Part shown: in pieces, positions 51,391 through 62,690 of the stretch
Layout of the letters: each line of letters opens with the position of its first letter
How positions within the stretch are numbered: position 1 is the first letter of the stretch
Source of the DNA: Heteronotia binoei
Taxonomy: Eukaryota
Direction: 5' to 3'
Assembly: GCF_032191835.1 (NCBI RefSeq)
Contig: NC_083228.1
Location: forward strand, 91,388,001-91,452,000
DNA length: 64,000 nt
Notes under the pieces: model-generated
Seen by the model: the letters and a program-made list of their open reading frames with translations, nothing else
Told to the model about the DNA's origin: nothing
Databases searched by the model: none
Position numbers and translations under genes: made by a program

Positions 51391-51391
51391 T

Positions 51392-51607
51392 GGGGAGGGA
51401 CGGTGGCTCAGTGGTAGAGCATCTGCTTGGGAAGCAGAAGGTCCCAGGTTCAATCCCTGGCATCTCCAAAAAAAAGGGTCCAGGCAAATAGGTGTGAAAA
51501 GCCTCAGCTTGAGACCCTGGAGAGCCGCTGCCAGTCTGAGAAGACAATACTGACTTTGATGGACCAAAGGTCTGATTCAGTATAAGGCAGCTTCATATGT
51601 TCATATG
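51392..51607 (+). mobile_element. tRNA-derived SINE (Squam2-like), well preserved
   Basis: A-box tggctcagtgg, B-box ggttcaatccc and tail (catatgtt)2. Confidence 0.88.
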
Positions 51608-51895
51608 TTTAATTCTAAGAATGTTTAGTGAGAAGTTTTACTATAGTTAACCATGTAAGTTAAATTAGTGATTACTGTTACTTTAGAATAGAGCATTTGA
51701 TTATGTAACCATCTATCTTATTAACAACACAAAACAAATTTAAAAACTGATGAATTAACAAAATATTTCAGATTTTTAATTGTTATCACTAAAGACATGT
51801 CCTGATGTGTCACTATGGGTTATTTTTTGTAAATGTCTGTGAATGCTTACAAATTAGTTTTGAAGAAATCCACTGTGGAAGTCTTTCACAAGCGG

Positions 51896-51907
51896 CAAGA
51901 TGGCGGC
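51896..51907 (+). promoter_or_regulatory. YY1 consensus site
   Basis: CAAGATGGCGGC, an exact YY1 consensus, at the start of the CpG-rich segment. Confidence 0.6.
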
Positions 51908-52349
51908 AAGGCAGGAGCTCAGGTGCTAGAGCTCCTGGAAAATCCTGATAAAAAACCAAAAACCAGGGAGCCTTACCTGCCCACCTGTCACCCTAGCTCG
52001 GTGGAGACGGTCAGAGAACCAGCCTGGCCGTTTTTTGCCCTGGAAAAGGAGGTGAGCCGTTGGAGGGCCGGCAGAGTGCTGTTTGAGACGAGCCGGTGAG
52101 GGTGTGGCCTGCTGCTACCGTGGAGATGGCTGAGACGGCGGGGTGTAGTGAGAGGCGACCGGCCGAACGACGAGCAGGGCCGGTATCGCCGGATGGAATG
52201 TGCGGAGTGAGGCCGCTGAACCAGCGGTGAGCGGAGCCAACGTGAGGTCCGGGACGCCTGCAGGGCGTGGGGCCAGCAGGCAGAGCTAGGGTGACCATAA
52301 TGTCTGAAGGCCAGCCAGGGACACTGGGGGGGGGGGTGTGCCGGAAACA

Positions 52350-52384
52350 GGAAGTGACGTCACTTCCGGTGACGTCACTTCCGG
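52350..52384 (-). promoter_or_regulatory. Tandem ETS-CRE composite motifs
   Basis: Two exact adjacent copies of CCGGAAGTGACGTCA on the minus strand (52355-52369, 52370-52384). GGAAGTGACGTCACTTCC (52350-52367) is itself palindromic. Confidence 0.55.
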
Positions 52385-52984
52385 TGATGTCATGCCACCA
52401 CCGGAAACAGGAAGTGGCATCACTTCCTGTGACATCATTTCCCCCGCGTCACCTGCCGGAAACAGGAAGTGACTTCACAGCACTTCCTGTGACGTCCCCA
52501 AAAATCCCCCAAATATCACCGCCGGAAACAATTTTGTTCTCAAATCCTGTATATACTTCATCAGTATATGGGATAAGGCACTTTCTCAACTGTGCTGCAT
52601 AATGCAGCCTATTTATTTTGTCCTGTTGGCTCTGTTGGCTCTATCTGCGCCACCTTCATCACTTTCGGGGTGTGGATCCCCCAGTGGGGTGGTCTCCCAA
52701 CTCCCTCCGCTGACTGTTTCTGATAGCCCTGCGCCCCCTCTTTCATTTGATATGTGTCCCGTGCGGGTGCCACCCTCCCGCCGGGAGATGCCGCAAAATG
52801 ATCCCCCTTGAGGCTTATGGCGGCAGGGCTCGGGGGAAGCGAGCTAGACTGCTGTTCTTTTGAGGGGTTATAGAGTGTTTCGAGCCCGTCCCTGTGGCAT
52901 CGGTCCCATCGTTGTGGGACCCAGGGGGCCGGCGCAGTGGCACGCCGAAGCAGCCTGTCACTAATAACACCGGTCAAGATGCAG

Positions 52985-53316
52985 GCCTTCGCTGGCCGGC
53001 GCTGGTCCCGGAAGGCCTTCCAGAGGCTCTGGAAGGCCTTCCGGGACCAGCGCCGGGTGCCCCGCGGCCTCCCCGCGGCCTCCGCTGGTCCCTGGAGGCC
53101 CTCCAGAGACTCTGGAGGGCCTCCAGGGACCAGCGGAGGCCGCGGGGAAGCCTTCGCTGGCTGGCGCTGGTCCCCGAAGGCCTTCCAGAGGCTCTGGAAG
53201 GCCTTCCGGGACCAGTGCCGGGTGCCCCGCGGCCTCTCCGCGGCCTCCGCTGGTCGCTGGAGGCCCTCCAGAGTCTCTGGAGGGCTTCCAGCGACCAGCG
53301 GAGGCCACGGAGAGGC
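52985..53316. repeat. 2 x 165-bp tandem repeat, each unit made of two long palindromes
   Basis: Perfect hairpins at 52996-53056 (30-bp arms, 1-nt loop) and 53070-53148 (39-bp arms, 1-nt loop); near-perfect copies in unit 2 starting at 53150. Confidence 0.95.
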
Positions 53317-54079
53317 CTCCACTACTGCCGCCGGGCCCCGCGCGCGGGCGGGGAAGGCGGGGAGTGAGGGAGGGAGCGGCCCTGCATGGGGGAAGCCCGG
53401 GGGCGATCGCGGATAGGGCCGGGGGTGCCGCTGCCACCGGGGGCAGCTGTAAATGGACTGGCCTCTCCGCGGGGAGAGCACCGGGGCTTCACAGCACGGC
53501 GGGAACACGAGGGGGGTCTCTACCCCCCCCCCCCGGGCTCACCAGGCCGTGCAGAAGACATTAGACCTGCACCCAACACGACGATTGCTACTCGGTGCAC
53601 CTACTTTGCTCCTACTCGCACTTCATCACTTTATCACTGGGCACTTTATCACACTCTGTTTACTATCTGCTTACCACTGCCTACTACCGCATACTACATC
53701 ATACTACTTCGACCAGGAAGAACTCACATTGCACTTTAGTAACGTTCTACCTCACTCACAGACTACTAGTTTAAAAAAAATTGATTTGGGAATTAGCTCA
53801 TTTGTTTAATTTATTAGATATTTATTATATGTATTGGATCTGAACTTATGAATTTTACTGGCTAATTAAATTGAGGATAATTTTATGGGGTGGGATTTAT
53901 AATTAATTTTAGCCATCAGACTTAAATTATGTATCTGACCAATCATATATAAAGGAACTGGGGGGTAGGTTTATTGGGTTAATTCGGAAATTGGGATCTC
54001 GTAGGATGGTGTGATTTGGAGAGCGTTGTGACTACTGTACATCAGTGTTGGCTAGGACAGCAGGAACCACCAGTGGGGA

Positions 54080-57050
54080 ATGGCTGGTCTAGGGATCCCA
54101 GTGCTCCTGGGGAGGGGGAGGTATGGCGGTGGGAGCAGACGATATAAGGGCGGGAGACCGAGACAGGTTAGTGCTCGCTCACCCTCCAATCTGTGTCCCA
54201 TCCCAATGGTGACAGGGAGTAGGGCCAGGAAAAATAACCCGCCTCCGTCATTGGTGTTATGCAACGCCAGGTCCATTAACAACAAGACTTCTGTCCTTCG
54301 AGAGTTCCTAATCAAACAGGACATGGACCTGGCATGCGTGACCGAAACCTGGGTCTGAGAGGGAGATACAATAGCCCTCTCGCAAACAGCTCCGCCGGGT
54401 TATTCGGTCTTTCACCAATCGCGGACTAGCAGGCGGGGGGGAGGAGTGGCATTATTTATACATGAGGCTTACTCCTTCAGGGCACTCCCGGCCCCAAGGA
54501 TCGAAGGCATTGAATGTGCTGGCTTGGCACTGGAGGCTGGAGAGGGATTGGCGATCTGGCTGGTATACCGTATGCCTAACGCACCAGCCGGCGCCTTACC
54601 GTCCCTACTCGAGGCGGAGACAGGCTGGGTGCTGGAGCACCCAAGGCTGGTGATCCTGGGTGACTTCAACGTCCATGCTGATGACCCGGCCTCTAGTCAG
54701 GCGACGGTCCTGGTGTCATCCATGGCAACACTAGGACTCTCTCAGTTTGTTGCAGCCCCCACTCACCAGGCCGGTCACATGTTAGATCTGGTCTTTGCGG
54801 CCAGGGTTACGGTGGACGATATAACCACCGAAGTGGTGCCATGGTCGGACCACCTCGCCCTTAGGGCTCGTATAGATATGCCACCCCAAACCTGTTTAGG
54901 TGACGAGCCCATTATGGCTCGCCCGCGGAGCCAGATGGACCCTAAACGGTTCCAATCGGCCCTGCGGGATCCCTGGCCCTCTGGCGATTCCCTCAATGGC
55001 CTGGTTGAGACATGGAACGCTCAACTATCTAGGGCCATTGACGAGATCGCACCTTGACGCCCTCTACAGCCTCGGAGTAGGCTGGCTCCGTGGTACACCC
55101 CGGAGCTGCGTCAGCTGAAACAGGTCTCAGACGGCTAGAGAGGCAATGGCGACGCACCCGTGACGAAGTGACTAGATCAGCTTATAGGGCGTTTATGAGG
55201 TCCTATGAGATGGCAATCAAGGCTGCAAAGAAAACTTTCTTTGTGACCAAGATTGTGTCTGCAAATTCACGCCCGGCACAATTGTTTAGGATAATTCGGA
55301 ATTTCACTACATTGCCACAAGGCAAGTCAAATGTTAAGGAATTGGAAATAGGCTGTGAGGCTTTTGCGAAATTTTTTGCAGACAAGGTCCAATCACTCCG
55401 CCATGACTGTCCGGCCATATTAGATACAGTGAGCGAACTCGAGGCTCCGTGCGTGTCTTCTAATTCGAACCTGGACTGTTTTGACCCACTCAGCTTGGAG
55501 GAGGTGGACAGAATCCTTGTAACTGCACGCCCTACTACATGCGATCTGCACCCATGCCCCTCCTGGTTAATTAAGGCCTGCCGGGAGGAGTTAAGATGTC
55601 CTATTCGGGACATCATAAATAGATCTCTTTCAGAGGGCTATTTCCCATTGCTCCTGAAGGAGGCAGTGGTCTGCCCTCTCCTGAAAAAGGTTACATCGGA
55701 CCCGGCCGAATTGGCTCATTACCGGCTGGTCTCAAATTTGCCCTTTTGGGGCAAAATTATCGAGAGGGCTGTGGCGTTGCAGTTGCAGAGTTTTCTGGAT
55801 GACACTTCCACCTTGGATCCATATCAGTCCGGCTTCCGCCTGGGCCATGGGGTGGAGACGGTGTTGGTCGCCCTCATGGATGACCTCCGGCGACATCTGG
55901 ATCGAGGCGGCTCGGCGGTATTACTGTTGCTAGACCTATCGGCTGCGTTCGATATGGTCGACCATCAGCTGCTGACCCGCCGCCTCGCCGACGCAGGAAT
56001 TCGGGGGCTAGCCTTACAGTGGCTCTCCTCCTTCCTTGAAGGTCAGGGACAAAGGGTGGCGGTTGGAGGAGAGATGTCCCGGAGACACCTACTTAGCTGT
56101 GGGGTGCCCCAGGGGGCAGTTCTCTCCCCAATGTTGTTTAATATCTTTATGCGCCCCCTTCCCCAGATTGCCCGGAGACATGGGCTGGGATGGCATCAGT
56201 ACGCTGATGACACTCAGCTCTATCTATTGATGGGCGACTGGACCGCCGACACCCCTATAAATTTGGACCAGGCATTACAGGCCGTGGCAGACTGGATCAG
56301 GCTGAGTGGGCTGAAGCTGAACCCAGCAAAGACAGAGGTCCTTTGCGTGGATCGCTGCGGGCTGGGAGGGGAGATCCCCCTACTGGCCTTTGACGGTGCG
56401 TCGCTGATACCAGTGCGCAGGGTCAAGAGCCTAGGAGTGCTACTGGAGCCCTCCCAGACAATGGAGGCACAGATAGCAGCCACTGCTAAATCTGCCTTCT
56501 TCCATCTTAGAAGAGCGAGACAGTTGGCCCCCTTCCTAGAACGTAGCGACCTAGCAACAGTGATCCATGCAACGGTCACCTCGAGATTAGACTACTGTAA
56601 TGCCCTCTACATGGGGCTGCCCCTGTGCCAAACTCGGAAGTTGCAGCTAGTGCAGAATGCGGCGGCCAGGCTGCTACTGGGACTACCTCGGTGGGAACAC
56701 GTGCGGCCTGGGCTGAAGAAACTGCACTGGCTTCCAATTATATTCCGAGTTCGCTACAAGGTGCTGGTCATTACCTATAAAGCCCTATATGGCCGAGGAC
56801 CTGCCTACCTTAGGGACCGCCTCTCTCCACATGTTCCCCAGAGAGCACTAAGTCTAGCTCCCAAAATCTTTTAAGGATCCCTGGACCAAAGGAGGCCACA
56901 CTGAAAGTAACGAGGGAGCAGGCCTTCTCTATAATGGCCCCCCACTGGTGGAATTAACTACTGGAGGAAGTGTGAGCCCTGCGGGACTTTAACCAGTTCT
57001 GCAGGGCTTGCAAAACCACCCTGTTTCTGCAAGCTTATAAGGAACCTTGA
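54080..57050 (+). pseudogene. L2 ORF2 (AP endonuclease plus reverse transcriptase), about 990 codons, disrupted
   Basis: LCNARSINNK, CVTETW, GDFN, SDH, LDLSAAFDMVDH, GVPQGAVLSP, QYADDTQLY, LDYCNA and LHWLP are all present. Stops at 54356, 55055, 56955 and 56973; 1-bp frameshifts near 55122 and 56852. Confidence 0.93.
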
Positions 57051-57586
57051 AAACGATATCTAGCCGCCGGAATATATCTATTGGAATAGCACCTAATCTA
57101 TTGTAGTTTTAAATTTTTATGTAACTGTTTTTAAAAGTATTTATTAACTGTATTTTAAATTGTTTTATATAAATCATGGCGTAGACCATGTCCTGTCAGC
57201 CGCCCTGAGCCTGCTTCGGCGGGGAGGGCGGGATACAAATAAAATTTATTATTATTTCATGTGCCCTGCATTTCCTTCTTGAGTTCTCTCCAATATTGCT
57301 AAGTTTTTTTTTTCAAAATAGGTGGTATTCAGTAATGAGAATAATACCTTGAATCTGGACAGCATTTTTTGTCTTCATCTCACCTCAACTCACATTTTCT
57401 ATTTAATAGGTTGGGACAAATTGAAGAATGCAAATTATATACAGGGCATTGACATCCCACTGTTTCTGAGATGAAATACTCCTGAAATTAGTGTTTTGCT
57501 GTATAAGATTAACTGAAATTTCATAGGAGGGAAACTATGATAAAGACCATAGGGAAGAGATTTATGTATATTTGATAAAATGTTAA

Positions 57587-57660
57587 GATTGGTCTTCCAT
57601 GATTGGTCTTCCGTGAATCACTGATAATGCAGATTGGTCTTCCATGAATCATTGATAATG
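57587..57660. repeat. Short tandem duplication (gattggtcttccrtgaatcaytgataatg)
   Basis: One partial and two full copies. Confidence 0.75.
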
Positions 57661-57821
57661 ACTGGATGAGGCACTGTAATTCTATGGCTTTTATATTCTA
57701 ATTAAAAAAATATTTACAACAAACATACTTTCAAATCTTTAAAATTTCACCAAGAGAACTAATTAGCATGCCTTGTTGCAGAAAACCATGATTTGTTGCT
57801 CCTCATTGCATAAAAAATATT

Positions 57822-58151
57822 AGGGTGATTAACACGTGGAATTCACTGCCACAGGAGATGATGGCTGCTACAACCATAGCCAGCTTCAAGAGGGGATTGG
57901 ATAAACATATGGAGCAGAGTTCCATCAGTGGCTATTAGCCACAGTGTATTGTTGGAGCTCTCTGTCTGGGGCAAGTGATGCTCTGTATTCTTGATGCTTG
58001 GAAGGGACAACAGTGTGGGGACTTCTAGTGTCCTGGCTCCACTGATGGACCTCCTGATGGCACCTGGGTTTTTTGACCACTGTGTGACACAGAGTGTTGG
58101 ACTGGATGGGCCATTGGCCTGATCCAACATGGCTTCTCTTATGTTCTTATG
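57822..58151 (+). mobile_element. CR1 LINE 3' end
   Basis: agggtgattaacacgtggaattcactgcc...cttatgttcttatg, the same family as 47461-48113. Confidence 0.9.
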
Positions 58152-60536
58152 TAGCTATATAGAAATTTGGGAACAATTTAAATCATTAAGCTAGAACAAT
58201 AAAACTGAAGTTGTGAACAAAAAAGATATAAAAAAGAGGGGTTCAGGTGGGTAGCTATGTTGGTCTGAAGCAGAGGGATAAAGTTTGAATCCCGTGGCAC
58301 CTTTAAGACCAACAAATTTTTATTCAAAATATAAGCCTTTGAGTGCAAGCACACTTCTTCAAATACAAAAAAATGGAATAGAATATCCTCAGGTCCTGCT
58401 TTCAGGAAAAGAGAGGATGGGAGGCAGCCATTAGGAAGGGCCACTCAGAGCTTAGATACATAAGCTGTGCTGAAATAGGATCTGGTGGCTGGTAAGTTGA
58501 TTTTAGTGTCTTTTTAACTGTTTGTTTCCTTTATTAAGCGGAAATAAAATATATTTAACATTATTTACTTATTTAATAGTAATATATAATTAATACATTA
58601 CTACAACTAACAATATTAATATAGACTCTAAAGAGAACACAAATTCCTGGCCCAGCCTTAAAAAAAAAAAAAAGTCTGCCACAGATAGCCAGGGATTTTC
58701 AGTGATGTGGTAGCTGAAGTGTAAAATGAGGACCATTTTAAAGTTAGGAGAGAGACAGAATTTGGATGGACAGATGTTCTCATATAAAGTCCTTTGTTCC
58801 AGAATATCACAGTCCCTTGGAACATTACTGATGGACATATAAACACAAAATTACCAAGCCATTATTTGGAAGACAGGTGAAACTACACAGCAGAACTTAC
58901 CATTAGAAACTCTTCTCTCAACTCTATTACATCTCTATTTGACTCCTGTATATGATAAGAGTGGTCACCTAAGCATCACTGTCTTCAAACTTGGTGCATG
59001 GTCATAATCACCCATTGAACAGGCCCAATCATTGAAACAGACAGCTATGATTAGTCACATTCAGATGTCCATCTACATATGGCAACAAATAAACAATACA
59101 GCCACTATGGATTAGGTCTGCCAAGCCCCCATCAGAAGTGGGTAATTTGCACCCCTGACTATTGTTTCCTGCTGTTCCCTGGAGAAGTGGCAGGATAAAA
59201 AAAAATTTAAATTGCCATCAGGTCAATGGCATTATGAAACTTTTAGGAATCCCTCTCTAGGAATTGCTAGAAACTCTGTGGCTTTACCCCCTCCTCCAAA
59301 TTACTTTCATGCTCTCACCAGTGGTGCCCCTCCATCTCCTGCAACCCTATTCTACTTTATGGTGGTTGAACCCCAACTGCCATGATCACCTGGAAAGAGG
59401 TAAGATCTCAAATGTGCCTCGGATAAATTGTAATCCTTTACTTTCTATTGCTCTACCCAACCAACAATGAAGATTTTAAACACCTGTTGACTTCAGTTGG
59501 AGGGTTAAGCATATGATTAAATCACTTCCACTGAAATCAATGCAGTTGCTAATTGATCTTGTCCTGCTTTTGGCTTTTAAAGTGCCCTGATCTGCTAAAA
59601 CCAGACAGTGAAGCTTTTCACAGCATGGAATTATCACTTGCTAACATCTTCTTCTCTGGCTGCTCTTAATGACTCAAGGAAAACAATGAAACTAAAGGCC
59701 AAACTAGACATGCATGTAACAGTTAATCCAAACTTAGATTTTGGTAAATGGAAACGTAATGTTTTAAATGTTTGGGTTTTTTGATGCTGTAGTTACAACA
59801 CTGGATAAAGAATTATGCTGCAATAAGACCCTAAACAACTGAATAACCAAAGTAAGCTATTTAAATGAAATTGTATGCAAAAGTGAATAATAATCAATTG
59901 ATATACAAGATACAAAATATAACAACAATCCAAATGCTCTAGGTAATTATAATTATGTGTGTACTGGGTTTTTCTCATGGTTTTCTAGACTAAATCCTTA
60001 GCTGATACAAATAAGAGTGTTTTATTTACCACCATCATTTGTTCAACACAAATGGTTATTAGAAAAACAGTATACATTAGAAACAGTTTTATTCTACAAA
60101 AAAGCCCAGCAGAAACTCATTTGCATATTAGGCCAAACACCCCTTACACCACCAGAAGTGATGTCACCCAGTCAGCAGGTTACTTTCCACATATTGACAC
60201 TGAACAGTACAGTGCCATCAGCTGCATTTCATGGATGCATGTTCTCACACAGCCCAATGAGAGACCTTGTTTTGCCCCCCCCCCCCCACAACATGTGCAG
60301 TGGAGCAGGCAGTGACAGGCACGCCTAGGAGGAAGTTCTTGTGGTTGGCTCTGCATCTCTCATTCTCTTCGCAAGCAGAGAGGACAGAGCACACAGCCTG
60401 GGTGTGTGTGACTGCCTAGTGCCTTCCCTCTGCTGGAGACCTTTTTTTTGAGCTGGAACCCTGGCCAAGCCAGATGGAACTGTGTTCCTGTGCATTCCTG
60501 CTTAAGAAACATCATGTCATAGCATGTCCTGCTTAC

Positions 60537-60770
60537 CTGTTTGTTTAAGAATATGTAGATGACTGGATTGTAGACTGTGCTGCTCTTTGCAAGGATGGAA
60601 GGAATGATACTGGCAGATGCAGAAATCAGACCAGGCTTCCCAAAAGTTGCTATCAGTGCCATAATCCCATAAGGTAGCCAGCACAGCAGAAAGCAAATGA
60701 CCATCACAACCACCATGATCAGGACACGATGCTCCCTTGTTTGTGTTACTCCTTTCTTTACTCCACTCAT
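60537..60770 (-). CDS. TMT-family non-visual opsin, penultimate exon (TM6-TM7)
   Basis: tatag|MSGVKKGVTQTREHRVLIMVVVMVICFLLCWLPYGIMALIATFGKPGLISASASIIPSILAKSSTVYNPVIYIFLNKQ|gtaagc; 234 nt. It has CWxP, the Schiff-base Lys (AKSS), NPxxY and the ciliary-opsin NKQ. Confidence 0.95.
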
Positions 60771-61870
60771 CTATAATTCATAGAAGGGAAAAAACTGAGT
60801 AGTGCTGAAACAAAAGGAACACTGTCTAACAGTTCAATTCTAAATGGAATTACAACCTTCTAAGCCCACTGATTTTAGTGGACTTAGAAGGGTTTAATTC
60901 TGCTTAGGAGTGTACTTTATGTCCCCAAGGAACAAAAATGAGACTTTTACAAATCTTTAGATGTCCACCTTTCTCTCAAGAAATTGGTAGATGACAGTTT
61001 TTTAAAACAACAACAACATGTTTGAAACAATATAACTAGAGCCAGCTCAGAAGAACAACTTTAAGACATCAAACCCTTAAAAGGTTTCATGAATCCTTTT
61101 ACATAATTTGCTTTTACATCCTCTTCTGAAAGCCATTAGAGTAGGGACCTTTTTTGTGATCTCCAGGAGGCTGTTCAAGAAAACTAGGGCTGTTACAAAG
61201 AAAGCCCAAAAGCAGGCACCTGCTGAATCAAGGAGGACACAGAAAGGAGAGAATGATTTGTGTCTGTTGCAAAAGTTCAAACAAGGAGAGGCAGTCCGTA
61301 GTCACAAAAAGGAAGCACCTGTACCTTAAAGTGAACTCTGAATCAGTAGCCAGCACAAATAATTTAGAATGGGAGCAAAGAACAATTTAATTATAATAAG
61401 TGACAGGCTGCATTTCAAAACTGCTGTAATTTCCAGATGGTTTTCAGGGGCTGCCCAACATGCAGTGTGTTACAATAGTCAAGTACTGAGATTACTCAAG
61501 CATGGATCAATGTGGTCAGATTCCCCTAAGAGAGGAGACAGTTTATACATCAAAGGCAGCTGGGAGGGAAATGCATTTCTAGGCACTGTACCAGTCTGTT
61601 CTTGACAAACTGGCACCCTAATCAAAGTGGATCTGAAAGATTTTGTCAGCAAAAAATTACACAAAAATATTACATCTTGGAGTCAATAAGAACCAAATTA
61701 TCATAACTGAGTTTAATGTGAATTAACAGTTTCAGGTGCAATAGAGAAGTAATTTCTCTTTAATGCTGTCACCAGCAGAAAGCACTAGATAGAAAAAGGC
61801 ATCAGCTTCTACTTAGAAGAATTAATTAAAATGTCTTAAAAGAACAAAGGAATTAGGAACACCAACAACT

Positions 61871-62211
61871 TGGCTTGCCAGATACTCTGTCCAGTGTAGA
61901 TGGGTGTTCCCCACCACCAGAACTTGCCCCTCAGCCACCAATCAACTGGCTAGCAGGGAGATTCTTACCAGAAGAAAGAAGACGACCTAGGCCACATCAC
62001 CAGAATCATACAGGAAGTGACATTATCATGCCAGTGACTTCCAGGTGATGCTCTGATATTTGGACGAAATCTCTACAAAAGAAGCCAGTTTTACGAGGTT
62101 GCTGGTGTGATGACGCCACTTCCTATGTGATGCCAGAAATGGCCTAGGCCTTCTTTCTACACTTAAGTCCCCCATCCCCCACTGGTTGCCAAGAGGGACC
62201 TGGCAACCCTA
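61871..62211. mobile_element. hAT-type MITE (TAGGGTTGCCA family)
   Basis: Right end ctggcaacccta at about 62211, degenerate left end tggcttgccag, and internal ggaagtgac / gccacttcc inverted motifs. Confidence 0.55.
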
Positions 62212-62543
62212 CCAGCTGCACATATGGGTGTAAGGAAAAGGCTCAAACAACAACAACATTAAAAAAAAAACCTTGTATATTCTGATAAGTATAAATTCTG
62301 GGGGATGAATAGAAGTGTCTGTCACTGATTAGCATTTCAGTTGCCTGCCAGCAGAATGAGATAGTGAGGGAGGGGCATTCTTGGGCACATCTCTGCTAGC
62401 TGTATGTGATTAAGGCTGAACTTCCGTTTCCACTCTGGGTTGCAGATATTAAAGGCCAGGGACAATGAACAGAGGTGCAGACTTTAGCCTGTGACCATGA
62501 CTCAGCTGGCCCAGTAGATCCAGGAGTTGTCCAGTATGTTTTG

Positions 62544-62690
62544 GGGGAGGGGCTCTCATTCAGTAGTATAGCATCTGCTTGGCATGCAGAAGGTCCCAGG
62601 TTCAACCCCTGGCATTTCCAGCTAAAAAAACAGAAACAAGTAGTAGGTGATGTGAAAGACCTCCACCTGAAATACTAGAGAGCCACTGCC
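62544..62690 (+). mobile_element. tRNA-derived SINE (Squam2-like), 3'-truncated
   Basis: gcatctgcttggcatgcagaaggtcccaggttcaacccctggcat, homologous to 51392-51607. Confidence 0.75.

Larger units (their letters stand above)
52288..53430. mobile_element. One-ended hAT (Blackjack-like TAGGGTGACCA) non-autonomous element
   Basis: tagggtgaccataatgtc...cagggacac at 52288, subterminal ggaagtgac repeats at 52341-52500 and a palindromic array at 52985-53316. No right TIR was found in the window, so the right boundary is approximate. Confidence 0.55.
51890..57257 (+). mobile_element. Near-full-length young L2-clade LINE with a nested hAT-like segment in its 5' region
   Basis: Abrupt CpG-rich start at about 51890, APE-RT ORF2 at 54080-57050, and 3' end agccgccctgagcctgcttcggcggggagggcgggatacaaataaaat(tta)n. 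The 5' boundary is inferred from composition, with no TSD seen. Confidence 0.8.

Noticed and set aside
52985-53316. CRISPR-like array
   Set aside because: There are no unique spacers, the units are far too long, no cas genes are present and the context is vertebrate.
52609-53508. 299-aa ORF and several overlapping 150-aa ORFs on both strands, as a possible L2 ORF1 or novel gene
   Set aside because: They arise from stop-poor GC-rich palindromic repeats (the same peptide reads on both strands) and have no domain signature or splice context.
54356-54358. In-frame TGA as selenocysteine or programmed readthrough
   Set aside because: It is best explained as CGA-to-TGA CpG decay, since the same ORF has other stops and frameshifts.
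45203-60770. Assignment as OPN3 (encephalopsin) or a visual opsin
   Set aside because: REHRVL...ATFG, NKQ|FYRCF and the LVAHY end fit TMT opsins; OPN3 lacks the NKQ motif as I recall it.
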